Assembly (NCBI GenBank): GCA_021613535.1
Contig: CP075496.1
Location: forward strand, 13,144,001-13,208,000
Length of the DNA: 64,000 nt
Reading direction: 5' to 3'
Origin: Adineta vaga
Lineage: Eukaryota > Animalia > Rotifera
The notes under the pieces were generated by a model. That model worked only from the letters and a program-made list of their open reading frames with translations, made no database searches and was not told the DNA's origin. Positions 1-12,659 of the stretch are shown here, piece after piece; the stretch's first letter is position 1; each line of letters begins with the position of its first letter. Both the position numbers and the translations under genes were made by a program.

Positions 1-180
1 AAAATGAAACGACTAATTTTTTCTATGGATGACCATGCAATGGGATAGAATGGATCGAATTGTCCCAGGAGACATTCCTTTTTTGAAACTATACTTCATT
101 CTTTTGCAATGTTAGAATGAAGTTGAACTGTCTTTTATACGCAATTTCAATCATGATTACTTCTTCTTTTCATCGTATAG

Positions 181-999
181 GACAAACTTCTCGATCCATC
201 ATCCGTTACTCATTTACATGCAATTACACCAACTGTAGGATGTTTAATGACTGGCATGGTTGGTATGTACAAACGGTTTCGTATCTTCTTCTTGATTTAA
301 TGATTCTAATTTTTGAATTATATAGCTGATTCTCGTTGGCAAGTTCAACGTGCTCGATACGAAGCTGCTTCATGGAAATATAAATTTGGTTATGATATAC
401 CGGTGGATGCTATTTGTCGTCGTGTTGCTGATATTTCACAAGTTTACACGCAAGAAGCTGAAATGAGACCACTTGGATGTTGTAAGAAAATATGAAATAT
501 TTATCGATTTTTTTCTATTTCTTCAATGAATTTTGCTAATATTTAGGTATGATTCTATTTGGTATGGATGAAGAAAAAGGTCCAATGCTATATAAAACTG
601 ATCCAGCTGGTTATTTCTGTGGATTTCGTGCAACTAGTGCTGGTGTTAAACAAACTGAAGCAAATAATTTCTTAGAAAAACGTATTAAGAAAAAAGCAGA
701 TTTAAATTTTGATGAAGCAATCGAAGTAAGATAAAAAATGCACGTAAATATATGGAAAAATGAATTCCAACAATATACTTTTTTAGTTAGCAATTTCAAC
801 TTTATCGAGTGTACTTTCAACTGATTTAAAACCAAATGAAATTGAAATTGGTATTGTGACAAAAGACAATGTTCAATTTCGGTTTGTTTGTTTACTTTGT
901 TTTGAATAACAAAATAAATGATTGTTCGTTTTTATTTTTAGAGTCTTAACTGAAAGTGAAGTAGAACAACATTTAACACGAATTGCCGAGAAAGAATAA
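181..999 (+). CDS. PSMA6: Proteasome subunit alpha type-6 (alpha1), 5'-partial, 5 exons visible
   Basis: Spliced translation [54 protein letters not shown]...[11 protein letters not shown]/...[18 protein letters not shown]...[11 protein letters not shown] (TAA 997-999); short GT-AG introns. Confidence 0.95.
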
Positions 1000-1169
1000 A
1001 CAAATTTTCAAATTATCATTCACGAACAATACGTTCTAAAAATCCAGAAATTGTTGTTATTCACCTTTTCTTTTCTTTTGTTTTTTATTATTATTACTAT
1101 TATTGTGATGAAGTAAAACATCCTTCAGCCTATCTTTCATTTCAGATAGAAACGATCGTCATTATATGG

Positions 1170-3798
1170 ATGGCGACGGTTAATATCTTCTTTTCGATCG
1201 TATTCATTACGATCTTAGCATTTAATGCAATCGAATCTAGTACTTCTGGCCATGTTCTCTCCAGTCGAAGCGATCCGTCTGTTCGCGATCGTTTACCAAA
1301 AATTGAAATGAATGCAACCAGTCATTCAATTGTAATGACTCTTCATCCAGCAACTATTAATGATGATACAATCAAACGTTTTCGTTTTCAATATGGAATT
1401 AATTTTCCATATCAACATACACTTTATATAAATAAAAATCAAACTTCTTTATTTATTGATAAACTTGGTAAAAATGCGAAATCATATATTCGATGATGAT
1501 TATTAAATATTTCTTGTGTTTTTTTAGAACCAAATCAGAAATATATTTTTTCATTGATTGCACTTGATGAAAATAATAATACTGTCATTCCTGAACAATT
1601 CTATGATTTTCAAATGCCATCCGAAGGTAATTCATACTTGAAAAATTGAATATAAACTTCAAGAAACAATGTTTCTTTTTAACTTCTGTAGATGATGATC
1701 GTCAACCACCAAAAACTCCGTTGGAATTAAATTTAATTCCTCGTTCGAAAACATCTGTTCTTCTTCAATGGACTGATGTTGATTATCCAAAAACGAGTCG
1801 TTTACCTTCATCACGTCGTTATAAAATTCAAGTAAATGAATTAGATCTGAATCAACAAGTTGTTAAACAACAAGAACTTGTATCAAATAATGAACAATCA
1901 CATTTAATTGAAAACTTAAAACCATTAACAAATTATGAATTCGCCGTTCGAACAATTGATGGTGATCTTGAAAGTGATTATTCATTAGCAATTGAATATT
2001 CAAATGCTATTTATCCAATTAAACAATTAAATATGATAACAAATAATGATCCATCGAAAGTAACATTAACATGGCAAGCACCAGAAGATCTAAATGGTAT
2101 TAAATCATTTGTTATTTATTACAATGAACAAGGTGAAAATGGACAAGAACAAAAAGTAATTGTACCTGTTGATTCAACACAAACAACAATTTCAAATTTA
2201 AAACCAAATACAAAATATTTATTTAAAATTGTTTCAGCAAATCAATTTAATGATGAATCATCACCAGAAACAAGATTATATAAAACACCAAATGGTAAAA
2301 TCATTTCTATTCATACATAATATCAATGTTCTAAATTTATACATTTGTTTTAGTTGTTGATACAAAGAATGTCGAAGCAAATAAAGGTGTGTATATTATC
2401 TTGAGAAGAAATTGAAAACTCATGTTTTTTTAAAATTTAGATCAAAATTTATTTGGTTGGCCATCAATGGGATTATCAAATAATTCTTGGTTAATCATTT
2501 TAATTGTAATCAGTATCATTTGTTTATGTATACTCTTCACTGGTATTATAATTTGTTCTCGAGCACAATGTTGTTTTTGTATGTCAAATGATAAAAAACA
2601 AATACATGATTCTCCAACGCATATTCATCAACGACAATATTCTCCTACGAGTAATACAGCATCATCATCATTAATGAAACCAACGGATTTATGGGCTGGT
2701 GCAGATTGTCTCTCACCACCAACAGCAACAATTCGTAATTCTAATCCTGGAGAAAGACATTATGAAACATCATCCACAGCTGGTAGTGGAACATTACAAC
2801 GATGTAATCATCATCATCATCATCAACATCTTCTTTATCATCATAATCAAGAAACACAACCATTAACAAATAATATCGATTCAAATATCGATCAACAGCG
2901 ACATTCTTTTGCACATTCAAATGATGGTTCAAATTCCATGGATGGAAATACAAGTGGTTTTACATTGAATGGAAAATTTAATGCTAGCGTACGTACAAGA
3001 CCGATTGCTGTTGGTGGATCGTTTGATCAACAAGCACAGAAGAAATCGATGAAAAACTTACGTAAGTTTTCATTTGTATTTTCTAGAATATATTGAGAAG
3101 AAAACAATTTCTTTTAGCAATGGGTACAGCATTTATTATGAATCATACAAATATAATTCAACAACAGCAACAACATGTCACTGTTCGACCTATTCAACAA
3201 AAAGCTCAATATATTGTTCGACCCAATGATCAATCACATTCAATTGGATCAGGTAATATTCTTCAAAAACTCTAACAAAAAGAAAATCTTCATTTCTCTC
3301 TCATTGTAGGTCCATCATCACCTGACTATCAACATTCTCCATCGAATAGTCATTGTAGTTCAAATCATAATCCTCCATCTATTCAATCAAATTCTCTTCC
3401 ATGTGCTGTTGTATATGATAAAGTATCCAATGCAAATACTAATAGTGAACATTCCGAAAATCAACATGCACTTTTACTTCCAGCAAAACCAAATTTACGA
3501 AGTTTTACTGTTCCAGTTGCTCCGCCTATTATTCCACCACCAACAATTTCCAATAAACAACAAGCAACTATTTTACCTACAAATACACAATGTAAATATC
3601 CTTTACAGTTTTCTTTCCATATGTTTTTGCTTTTGTTGAAATTTAGATAAATCTCCATTTCGTAGTCCAAATCGTCCGATATTGAATCATTACACAAAAG
3701 AAATCAAGTCTGATGAAATCGATACAAATCCAGCTGATGTACTCGAAGATGTACGCAATCAATTAGGCAATTTAATGAAAAAAGATTTTCAATGTTAG
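1170..3798 (+). CDS. DCC/neogenin/frazzled-like receptor: signal peptide, three FN3 domains, TM helix, cytoplasmic tail; multi-exon
   Basis: FN3 domains resemble DCC FN4 (YGINFPYQHTLYINKNQTSLFIDKLE), FN5 (LKPLTNYEFAV) and FN6 (VTLTWQAPEDLNG). TM WLIILIVISIICLCILFTGIIIC. P1-like MKPTDLW, P2-like LRSFTVP, P3-like DVRNQLGNLMKK; stop TAG 3796-3798. Confidence 0.8.
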
Positions 3799-4004
3799 AT
3801 ATTCATCTTCTTCCTCTCAGGGATTTGCTTATTTCGTTTTCGTTTTCTTTTTTTTATAAATATTGTCAATGTGGTGCTAGATCTCAACTATGTTTGATTT
3901 TTCTTTTGGCTTGCTTTTTTTGTGCAACATAATTATCTCAATTTCTTGTCAGACATTATTTTATACATTGTACAACACTGATATGTGAACATATAGTCAT
4001 TTTG

Positions 4005-4034
4005 TGCGTGTGTGTGTGTGTGTCTCTCTCTCTC
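4005..4034. repeat. (TG)n/(TC)n compound microsatellite
   Basis: gtgcgtgtgtgtgtgtgtgtctctctctctct seen directly. Confidence 0.85.
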
Positions 4035-4145
4035 TAATAATATTTACGTCTATAGAAAAGTCTCGTTTTTTGAATTTTAGACGTAAAAAAATCGTGTTGT
4101 TTTTCTTTTTTCAATTTAAGATTTCCTTTTTGTTTTGACTTCCAA

Positions 4146-5254
4146 ATGCCTCGATATGCACAATTGGTCTTAGTGAGTTTGAAAGAAGTCTTTCTGATAA
4201 GGAGATTAATGTAGGTGTGTTTATCTAGGGACCTGCTGGTTCTGGAAAATCGACATATTGTAGTTCATTGGTAAAACATGGAGAAATTATTAGACGAACG
4301 ATTAATGTCGTGAATCTCGATCCAGCTGCTGAACATTTTGATTATCCGATTTTTGCTGGTAATTAATCACTTTAAAAGTCTCAACGGTCAACAAGGATCG
4401 TGCTTGTTTTTCTATTTAGATATTCGAGAACTGATTGAAATTGATGATGCCATGGATGATCAAGCATTAAAATTTGGTCCAAATGGTGGACTTATTTTTT
4501 GTATGGAGTATGTTATTGAATCATTGGAGATAAGACAAATAAATTTCGATTTCTTCAGATATTTTGAACGAAATCTTGAATGGTTACAAGAACAGTTAGG
4601 CGATGGAGAAGATGATTATTTTCTATTCGATTGTCCCGGTTCGTTTATCTTTTCGAATTTGTCTGTTATTCTAAAGATTAGATTTATATTCTAGGTCAGA
4701 TTGAATTGTATACTCATGTACCTATAATGCGTCGTGTAGTTAATCAACTACAAAATTGGAATTTTCGTGTTTGTGGTGTATTTTTGGTTGATTCACAATT
4801 TTGTGTTGAACAATCGAAATTTTTAAGTGGCATGTTAACAGCATTATCATCAATGATTCAATTAGAAATTCCATTTATACATGTGTTATCGAAAGTTGAT
4901 CTTCTTTCTAAACGTGATAAAAAACGTTTGAAAAAGTATGTAGATTTGTAATTTAAAAATAAATTTTTATTTCTTTTCATTAGATTCATAGATCCTGATG
5001 TTTATCAATTAGCGAACAGTGAAGTTTCTAATCGTTTTCTTGGTCGATATACTCAATTGAATAAAGCAATAGCAAGTGTGATCTATGATTACAGTTTAGT
5101 TAAATTTTATACATTAGATATGAGTAAAGAAGATTCGATAACAAATCTTTTAACAGAAATCGATATGAGTATTCAATATGGTGAAGATTTCGATGTTAAA
5201 GAACCGAAAGAAATTGAAAATAATGAACACGATGATTCTCATGAAGATGAATGA
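4146..5254 (+). CDS. GPN3: GPN-loop GTPase 3
   Basis: [20 protein letters not shown]...[12 protein letters not shown]...[13 protein letters not shown]...[15 protein letters not shown]; six exons. Confidence 0.95.
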
Positions 5255-5338
5255 TTCAACTTATTTTTGTTATTTGTTTTTTTTGTATAAAGAAAATAAA
5301 ATCAAGAAAATTATCTTGTTACTGTAGGCGACATGTAG

Positions 5339-5350
5339 AATGACGTCATT
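5339..5350. promoter_or_regulatory. Perfect palindromic CRE/ATF site (AATGACGTCATT) upstream of BRF1
   Basis: TGACGTCA at 5341-5348, about 135 bp upstream of the BRF1 ATG; function untested. Confidence 0.35.
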
Positions 5351-5481
5351 GGATGATGCGAAGAAAGAAAAAGAATGAATGTTATTGCACCATTGCAAAT
5401 AAAGTCACTTCATAAATGTTTCATCATATGCCCGGCTGTATTTTTTCCGTCTTTTTCATTTTCTAGATTTTGCTTACGAAC

Positions 5482-7667
5482 ATGTCATCGAAGGCATGTA
5501 AATGTGGTGGAACAGAAATCGATATTGATCGTGCACGAGGTGTTAGTGTATGTAAAAAATGTGCAGAAGTTATTGAAGATACATGTATTGTTAATGAAGC
5601 TGAATTAACAGAAACAAGTGGTGGAGGTATTCAAGTCGTGGGACAATGGGTTTCCAATGATGAACTACGAGGATCAGGTGGTGGTGGTGGTATGATGGGT
5701 TTTAATGGCCGAGAATCTCGACAAATAACCTTACAAAAAGCTCGTCGTGGTATTATGGATATTGCTAGTAATATGCGAATGAATCATCATTGTATTGATG
5801 CAGCTTTCAAAGTAGTCTATAGGAATTTATTATTTTCTCCAACTTTCCTTTTCTTTTTCTTCTTTCTTTAACATTAGATCTATAAAATGGCACTTGATCG
5901 TGGTTTATCTCGGGGAAATAAAGCCAGTCATCTTCTATCAGCATGTTTATATATTATTTGTCGTACAGAAGGTACACAACATATTTTATTGGATTTTTGC
6001 GATCATGTTGATGCAGATATAAGTGTTTTGGCACGTATCTATTTACGATTAGCCAGAGAACTATGTATTAATGTACCACATACTGATCCATCACTTCTCA
6101 TTCCACGTTATGCAGCTAAACTCGATTTTGGTGATCGAACAAATGCTGTATCAAATACGGCATTACGTATTGTTCAACGTATGAAACGAGATTGGTTAAA
6201 TATTGGTCGCCGTTCATCGGGTCTTTGTGGTTCAGCTTTATTATTTGCTGCACGTATGCATAATTTTAATCGTACGATTCAACAGATTGTTGACGTAGTA
6301 AAGATTTCCAAAGCAACTATTATTCGACGTTTACAAGAATTCGAAGTAACACCCACCGCACAATTAAATATGAAAGAATTCGATACGATTGAACTTGAAG
6401 AAGAACAAGATCCACCAGCATTTTCTAAAGCAAAGCGTATGACAAAACTTGCACAACAAGAAGAAACATTCAATATTGATCAAATTGAACGTGACATAAT
6501 CGATACACAAAAACAAATCGATGAACAATTGGAAAAATTACATAAACCACGTGGTCAATTAGCAAAGTAAGAACATATTCTTAAAGTTCTTGTTCCATAC
6601 TGAATTTCGTTGTTTGTTTGTTTGTTTTTTGTAGATATGCAAAGTATGTTGATTTAGAGAAGGATATATTAAATACTGAAGAAGATAAATTTATTCAAAA
6701 AGTATTAACAACAAAATCGGATAAAAGAAAAAAATCTCTCGATGACGATGATGATGATGATGATGAAAGTGTGTCTGGGGACTTGTTAACAACAGAAACA
6801 GAAAAATTACCAATAGACGAGAATGATTTAAAATGGGCTGCAAATTATATTGAAGAACAACAAACACAATTAATTCTTTCTCTACTTGACGACAATGGTA
6901 ATAAAGCAACGGATAATAATGATGACAGTCCAGATCTTCAAGATGAACAAAATAAAGAAGATGATTTTAAATTTCTTCGACCATCTTTAGAAACTATGGG
7001 CATCGGTAAATAATTTATCTAAAAATCATATTTATTCATATTAAATTTCTATCTAGTACCAGTCACATCATCATTGAATTATTCGGCAGATAATCAACAT
7101 GCAACAACATCAAGTAGTTCAACTCGTCATCATCATCATCACCATGTTGTATTAGATTTTCCTGAATGGCATCCATCAATTGATTTAACGAATGAAGAAC
7201 TTGATTTAACCGGTATTGATGATAATGAAATTGAAGAAATGATATTAACACGTGATGAAACAAAACTTAAACTTAAATCATGGTTACGTGAAAATAAAGA
7301 TTGGTTTTTAGAAGAAAAACGTCGTCAACGTAATAAAGAAGCTGCTGAACAAAAGAAATCAGGTTCAAGTGCAATGACAGCAGCACAACGACGTAAACGA
7401 AAGAAAAAAGCAGCAACAGCATTGAACGAGTTAAATAAAACCGGTAGCAATCCTACTGGTGCTCACCATCAATTAGGTGGTTTTACATTAACACCAGCTG
7501 GTTTAGCTGCAGCTGCCATTGAAGCGGAAAAACATTCTCAAGATAACCGTGTATCAAGTAAAATAAATTATGATGTATTAAAGAAATTAACAATGAAGAA
7601 AGATACAATAGAACAAGTATCATCACCATCCGTAACGAATACAAATGAAGCAGAAAGGACTACATAA
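5482..7667 (+). CDS. BRF1: TFIIIB subunit BRF1 (TFIIB-related factor)
   Basis: Zn ribbon CKC...CKKC; cyclin folds (ACLYIICRTEGT, DPSLLIPRYA, RMKRDW..GRRSSGLCGSALLFAARMHNF); homology blocks ELDLTGIDDNEIEEMILT and SSKINYDVLK. Confidence 0.95.
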
Positions 7668-8080
7668 AATTCACTTTTTTTTGTTCATGTTGATTTTTTT
7701 AGTATTGTTATTCGCTTCGTATTTCTAAACAATAATGATTTGTTTTTGTTTCATTTTCAAAGAATATCATTGTACAAAAAGATGTCTTTTATTGATTTAT
7801 TTATAACCGAAAAAAGAAAATGAATGATGATCGTTAAGATACTACCAAGACTGCTAAAACTCAGCGAAAATTACGGACATTTTCAAAGTTGTCGTGTATT
7901 TTATGATCACTTCAGTTATATGAACTGACTCTAGGTGAATATTAGGATCTATAAAGATGTGCTTGTTTTGGTATTATGCAATTTAAAAAAATTACCTCAG
8001 TATTCTATTTGAGACAAAATTACTTTATAACAACCACAATAGTTTTTTCTCCAATGACTAACGAAAACACAAATGTTCTG

Positions 8081-8983
8081 TTTAGAACTAAAATAATTAC
8101 TTGTCAATAATCATAATGTCGACAAATATGATTTACAAGAGATACATCAATTGAGAATGCACTTGCCAATACAGATGCTAAAGCATACGCTTTTTCATAT
8201 CTACAACTTTTAACATTTCCTGAACATTATCGTGCTCAACATGGAACTTATGGCGATGTCCAAACATAATTTCTATGAATAAAAGAACAAAAATTGTACT
8301 TGTAAATTCTTTTTTATCTAGTTGAAAATAAAATATTTAAATATAGTTCAATTGTGATAGTGACAAAAGAAAAGTTCAACAAATATGGGATGGGTCCTAT
8401 GTTTCGTTCCGCTGGTAAAGATGCAGGCGAGAATATTAAATATGGCATGGTTAATGCTGTGACCATTGGAGGCAAACATGTCACAACAGCTGTGGACATT
8501 GGAGGCCACCATTTCCGTCAAACTCTACCAGAAGCGACAAGATATTTGCTTTATGGAAGTACCAAACTCTTATTAGAAAACATTTTTGTTCGACTACTTC
8601 TTATTTCAATTACATGTTATTTTGTCGTTTTAACATTAACATACATTGATGATATTCCATTTTATTTATTGCCCACTTATCAATCATTTTCATTTAAAAT
8701 GCCCGACTGTTCTCAATTAAAATTTTGCATCTACAACTTTTTGCTTAATCGACACGCTTTATTCATGCTCACGTGCACATTGATACTGTTTCTGCCTGAA
8801 AAATACCGTGGAAATATCTGGGTGAAATGGTTGTTGCTTTTCCCAGTATTTGGCATCAATCAATGTTATGCCCTCTATTTTGCTTTCAACGGCAAAGACT
8901 ATCTTTATTTCTGCCAATTCCTGTTGATCATATTTACGTTTCCCAGAGGTAAGTTTGAGAATTTCGAATCATTTCATAATTGA
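8081..8983 (+). pseudogene. Disrupted copy of an uncharacterised gene, with a multi-TM hydrophobic ORF at 8354-8983
   Basis: 8081-8267 is homologous to 17221-17432(-) but has a 25-nt frameshifting deletion and a TAA after GDVQT. Confidence 0.5.
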
Positions 8984-9057
8984 AACTCCTTTGGCTCTTT
9001 CTTTGTTGCTTTCGGATGCACGTTATCCTTTCAAAATGGTTGATTTGATGGCGTTAC

Positions 9058-9266
9058 TGTAACGATGAAGATATCACCCACTGTGGTGATATCAATATAT
9101 GATCATCTCTCTCAATCATGCGTATCCTCTTGTTCTTCTCTCTCTTCCTCTCTCTATATAAGCGTACATTGTATTGTAGAGTGGACACATTCTGGGTATG
9201 TGAGATAGCTGAATAAACATCTATACCGTGAGAAACGGTCAGCTACTCAACCAGTTTGTCGTTACA
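9058..9266 (+). mobile_element. Solo LTR A (209 bp), 5-bp TSD GTTAC
   Basis: Ends TGTAAC...GTTACA; TATATAAG box; AATAAA; GTTAC at 9053-9057 and 9267-9271. Confidence 0.8.
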
Positions 9267-9724
9267 GTTACTGCTTCTTTTATGTTTTTGTGACTTCATC
9301 TATTCGGTTTTGATCAAATTGGTTCTTCCTTAAATCTACAACTTCACCGTTTGTGTGTTAATTAGTGCTAACAGTACTATTACATGAACGTTTGTTTACA
9401 GAGAAAAAAGTCAAGTTTCATGATCAGAAGAAGTTTACCCATATATTCTTGTGAAAAGGGTTTTTTTCTATGAACAATCGAAATAAAAGACTATTTTGTG
9501 ATTTCGATAGAGCTTTTATACCGTGTTATCATACTGAACAATTTCACACAAAGTATCCGACTTTCATGCTGTTAAAGTCTTCGGTTACATCTGAAGTTTT
9601 TATCATACCTTTAGTTACTTAATATATTTGCAATAAAGTTTTAGCTGATTTGAATTGCTCTTCTAGAAGTTATTAAAAACAAAGTTGTACGTCAGAGTTT
9701 CATAAAGAAACTGCAAAAAAGTTT

Positions 9725-10134
9725 TGTAACTAAACCGAGACCATGTTGAAGAAACTTTGAAATACGTTGTCATTTCTTTGAATTTCGTCTTTTTTCTCTA
9801 GTATATTTGAGATAACCATTTTCAAAGACTAAATAGTAGATAAGTGTCAAACTTAAGAGTATGCATATTCAGAAGACCAAAACAATGTCATCAGTAAGTA
9901 TGTTAGTGATCGACAGCGCCTTTGTCCACACAACATATTTAAAATTTGATCATAATAGTTTAGAAAAATTCGTATAATGTCAGTAGTGAATAGTTTTATT
10001 AGCGATGTCTTCACTCGAGAGACGAAACTCAATCCGTTTATTCGAGAATCATATAATAACGAATGTATATAGAAGATAACAGAAACAGATGAATAGGAGT
10101 ATGTGAAGGCATATGTGTGTACATGCCTGTAACA
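9725..10134 (-). mobile_element. Solo LTR B (410 bp), 5-bp TSD AGTTT
   Basis: TGT...ACA termini; AGTTT at 9720-9724 and 10135-10139; minus-strand CTATATA and two AATAAA. Confidence 0.6.
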
Positions 10135-10286
10135 AGTTTATTGAAGAATACGAATGAATACATAGAAAAAAATATAGACAAGATACATGACCACATATGT
10201 TTTAATTACAAGATGAATCCATGGAGATTCATCCACTTTTTTGGAAAGTTTTTCTTCCACTTATTTCGTTCCAAACTTTCGGTATG

Positions 10287-10405
10287 CTCTACAATGCACG
10301 CTTATATAGAGAGAGGAAGAGAGAGAAGAACAAGAGGATACTCATGATTGGGAGAGATGATCATATATTGATATCACCACAGTGGGTGATATCTTCATCG
10401 TTACA
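10287..10405 (-). mobile_element. Truncated inverted copy of LTR A (5' ~119 bp)
   Basis: Reverse complement matches 9058-9181 with about 3 substitutions and one 5-bp indel. Confidence 0.85.
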
Positions 10406-10639
10406 CTTTTGGTGCAAAACAAAATTGAACAGTTTCTATTAAAAACCTCAAGTTCCGGGTTGTTGTCTAGAAAAGTAGTTTTCATATAGTTAAATATAGA
10501 GAAAATGTCGGAAAAGCCTAGAACTTCTCAAAAACGACTTTTCATAATTTTCTTCTGCTGACAAACATGAAGAAGGTCCAGAAGTACTTTTTTCTACATC
10601 AACATCACCCACTCACAGCACACCCATACGCTGACCCAC

Positions 10640-10934
10640 ATCCTGAATTTATACAAATTGGATCCGATTCCATTAGAATCAATTCATCTCCTTCTTCAGT
10701 CATTTTACAAATGATCTCAATAATGATAAACAGATGTGATCTTGCTATTGCAAATTCTGCAACAAGTTTAATTTTATTTTTGTTTGGTACTAATAATGAA
10801 AGCTGTCACAATGAATTATTTTAATCGTCAGGTTTTTTAATACAAATCTATATTCAATTATTAGTGGAGATTTTAATCAAGATCATTTAATTGATATTGC
10901 TCTTGGAAAACACAATGCAGATTATGTAGAAATA
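10640..10934 (+). pseudogene. Frameshifted FG-GAP/VCBS-repeat gene remnant, interrupted at its 3' end by a MITE
   Basis: SPSSVI/TNDLNNDKQM/DLAIANS and SGDFNQDHLIDIALG...YVEI in shifting frames; reading resumes after 11676. Confidence 0.6.
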
Positions 10935-11676
10935 CAGGGTGGCCCAAAAGTCGGTATACCGAAAAAAATTTGAATATCTTCATTCTGTTTCAATCAAATG
11001 GGCTAATTATTTTCTTCCATGATAGAGGTGAGTTCAAAGTTTTTTTCATAAGAACAAAGTTTACAAATACTGTTTTGAACTCTGATCTTTGACCAGAATA
11101 CAGAAATTTAACTTTTGACAAAATGGTGTAGACGGTATTGTGAAAACATTTTCCATTCGATTTTTAGTTTTCATACGACCATTCGATAGAGAAATGCTGG
11201 AATTCTGAAAATCTCGATTTAGTGACTTATGATCGCTTTAAAACTAAAAGCAAACATCACTACTAGACTCAGCTTGGTCGATTGTCCTTATCTTGACCCA
11301 TTTCGGGAGAGTCAGCAGTCATTTGACCAATTTTGAAGTCTATCGAAAAAATGCCTATAGCTCTTGAACACAACAGACCAGAGAGCTCGAACTTGCACAG
11401 ATTGAAAGAGGATAATTTTCTCTATCGAATGGTCGTATGAAAACTAAAAATCGAATGAAAAATGTTTTCACAATACCGTCTACACCATTTTGTCAAAAGT
11501 TAAATTTCTGTATTCTGGTCAAAGATCAGAGTTCAAAACAGTATTTGTAAACTTTGTTCTTATGAAAAAAACTTTGAACTCACCTCTATCATGAAAGAAA
11601 ATAATTAGCCCATTTGATTGAAACAGAATGAAGATATTCAAATTTTTTTCGGTATACCGACTTTTGGGCCACCCTG
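10935..11676. mobile_element. Tc1/mariner-type foldback MITE, 742 bp, ~260-bp TIRs, TA TSD
   Basis: TA|CAGGGTGGCCCAAAAGTCGGTATACCG...CGGTATACCGACTTTTGGGCCACCCTG|TA; arms 10935-11194 and 11417-11676 differ at about 2 positions. Confidence 0.93.
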
Positions 11677-12659
11677 TATTTTTAAAAACATATGTTAAAA
11701 CTTACATAAAAATGATTTTTTTATCTTTCGAAAGTTTAAACAAATAAGTAAAAAAAACTGTTTTTATATTTGTTCATCTGTCAATGATATCATATACTTC
11801 GCCGTAACAAATCATAATGTAGAAAAGATTGTCATTGTGCAGAACCAACTAATGAGTCTCTTATCGATGACTTAATCATATGTATTTGATTTCATATAAA
11901 ATCCAATTAGATGTTTCGAGAAGCTTGATTCTTCAGAAATCTATACTGCAAAGAAGTAGATGTCACTGACAATTAGATCGAGAAAAATCAAAATAAATAA
12001 ATCTTTTTTGAAACGTTTTTCTATTCATCATCCTTTAAGAAGAGAAATGATGCTAATGGAAGAGAATTATTAATTAAGAAATATCTATCAAATTTACATC
12101 GATTCATTTATAAATACAATGACGACTATGATTTTTATCTGTTCGAAGATGAATCTCTTGATGTAATGACTAATCGATTTACTAAACCATTTTGAATTAG
12201 TAAAGATTGGATATTTTAAGTAATTTGCTCAATTTTCTGGATTTTTTTACATATATTCTCTATGCCATTCATTTAAATCAATCGGTAATTGATATAGAAC
12301 AAGTGATGTTTCTTTTATTCGTTAATCGTTGTTGAATTTTGTTCGAAAGAATCTAACCGAGTGAATTTTCAAACTATGATGAATTATTTTACGTAGAGAA
12401 GAAAGAAAAGAATGGAAACAGCGTATATACGTAGTTTTGTAATTAATTTCAAATGTAAATTGTTTTTTGAACAACACACAAAACCTATATTATTTCTGTC
12501 AATAGTTTGACTTTTACAAAGAAAAGCGTTTCTTCCATGAAAAATCATTATAAGCTCCCTTGTTTAATTAGAATTGTTATGTGTTTAATGTTCTTACTTG
12601 TAGAAAATAATTACATTCATTTTCTTTTGCTAACAAAACTTATATATTTGTTGTGAGAA

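Noticed and set aside
9058-10405. Single 1.35-kb DNA transposon with 119-bp TIRs
   Set aside because: The outer flanks do not form a TSD (GTTAC versus CTTTT), while the left copy is a complete solo LTR with its own TSD.
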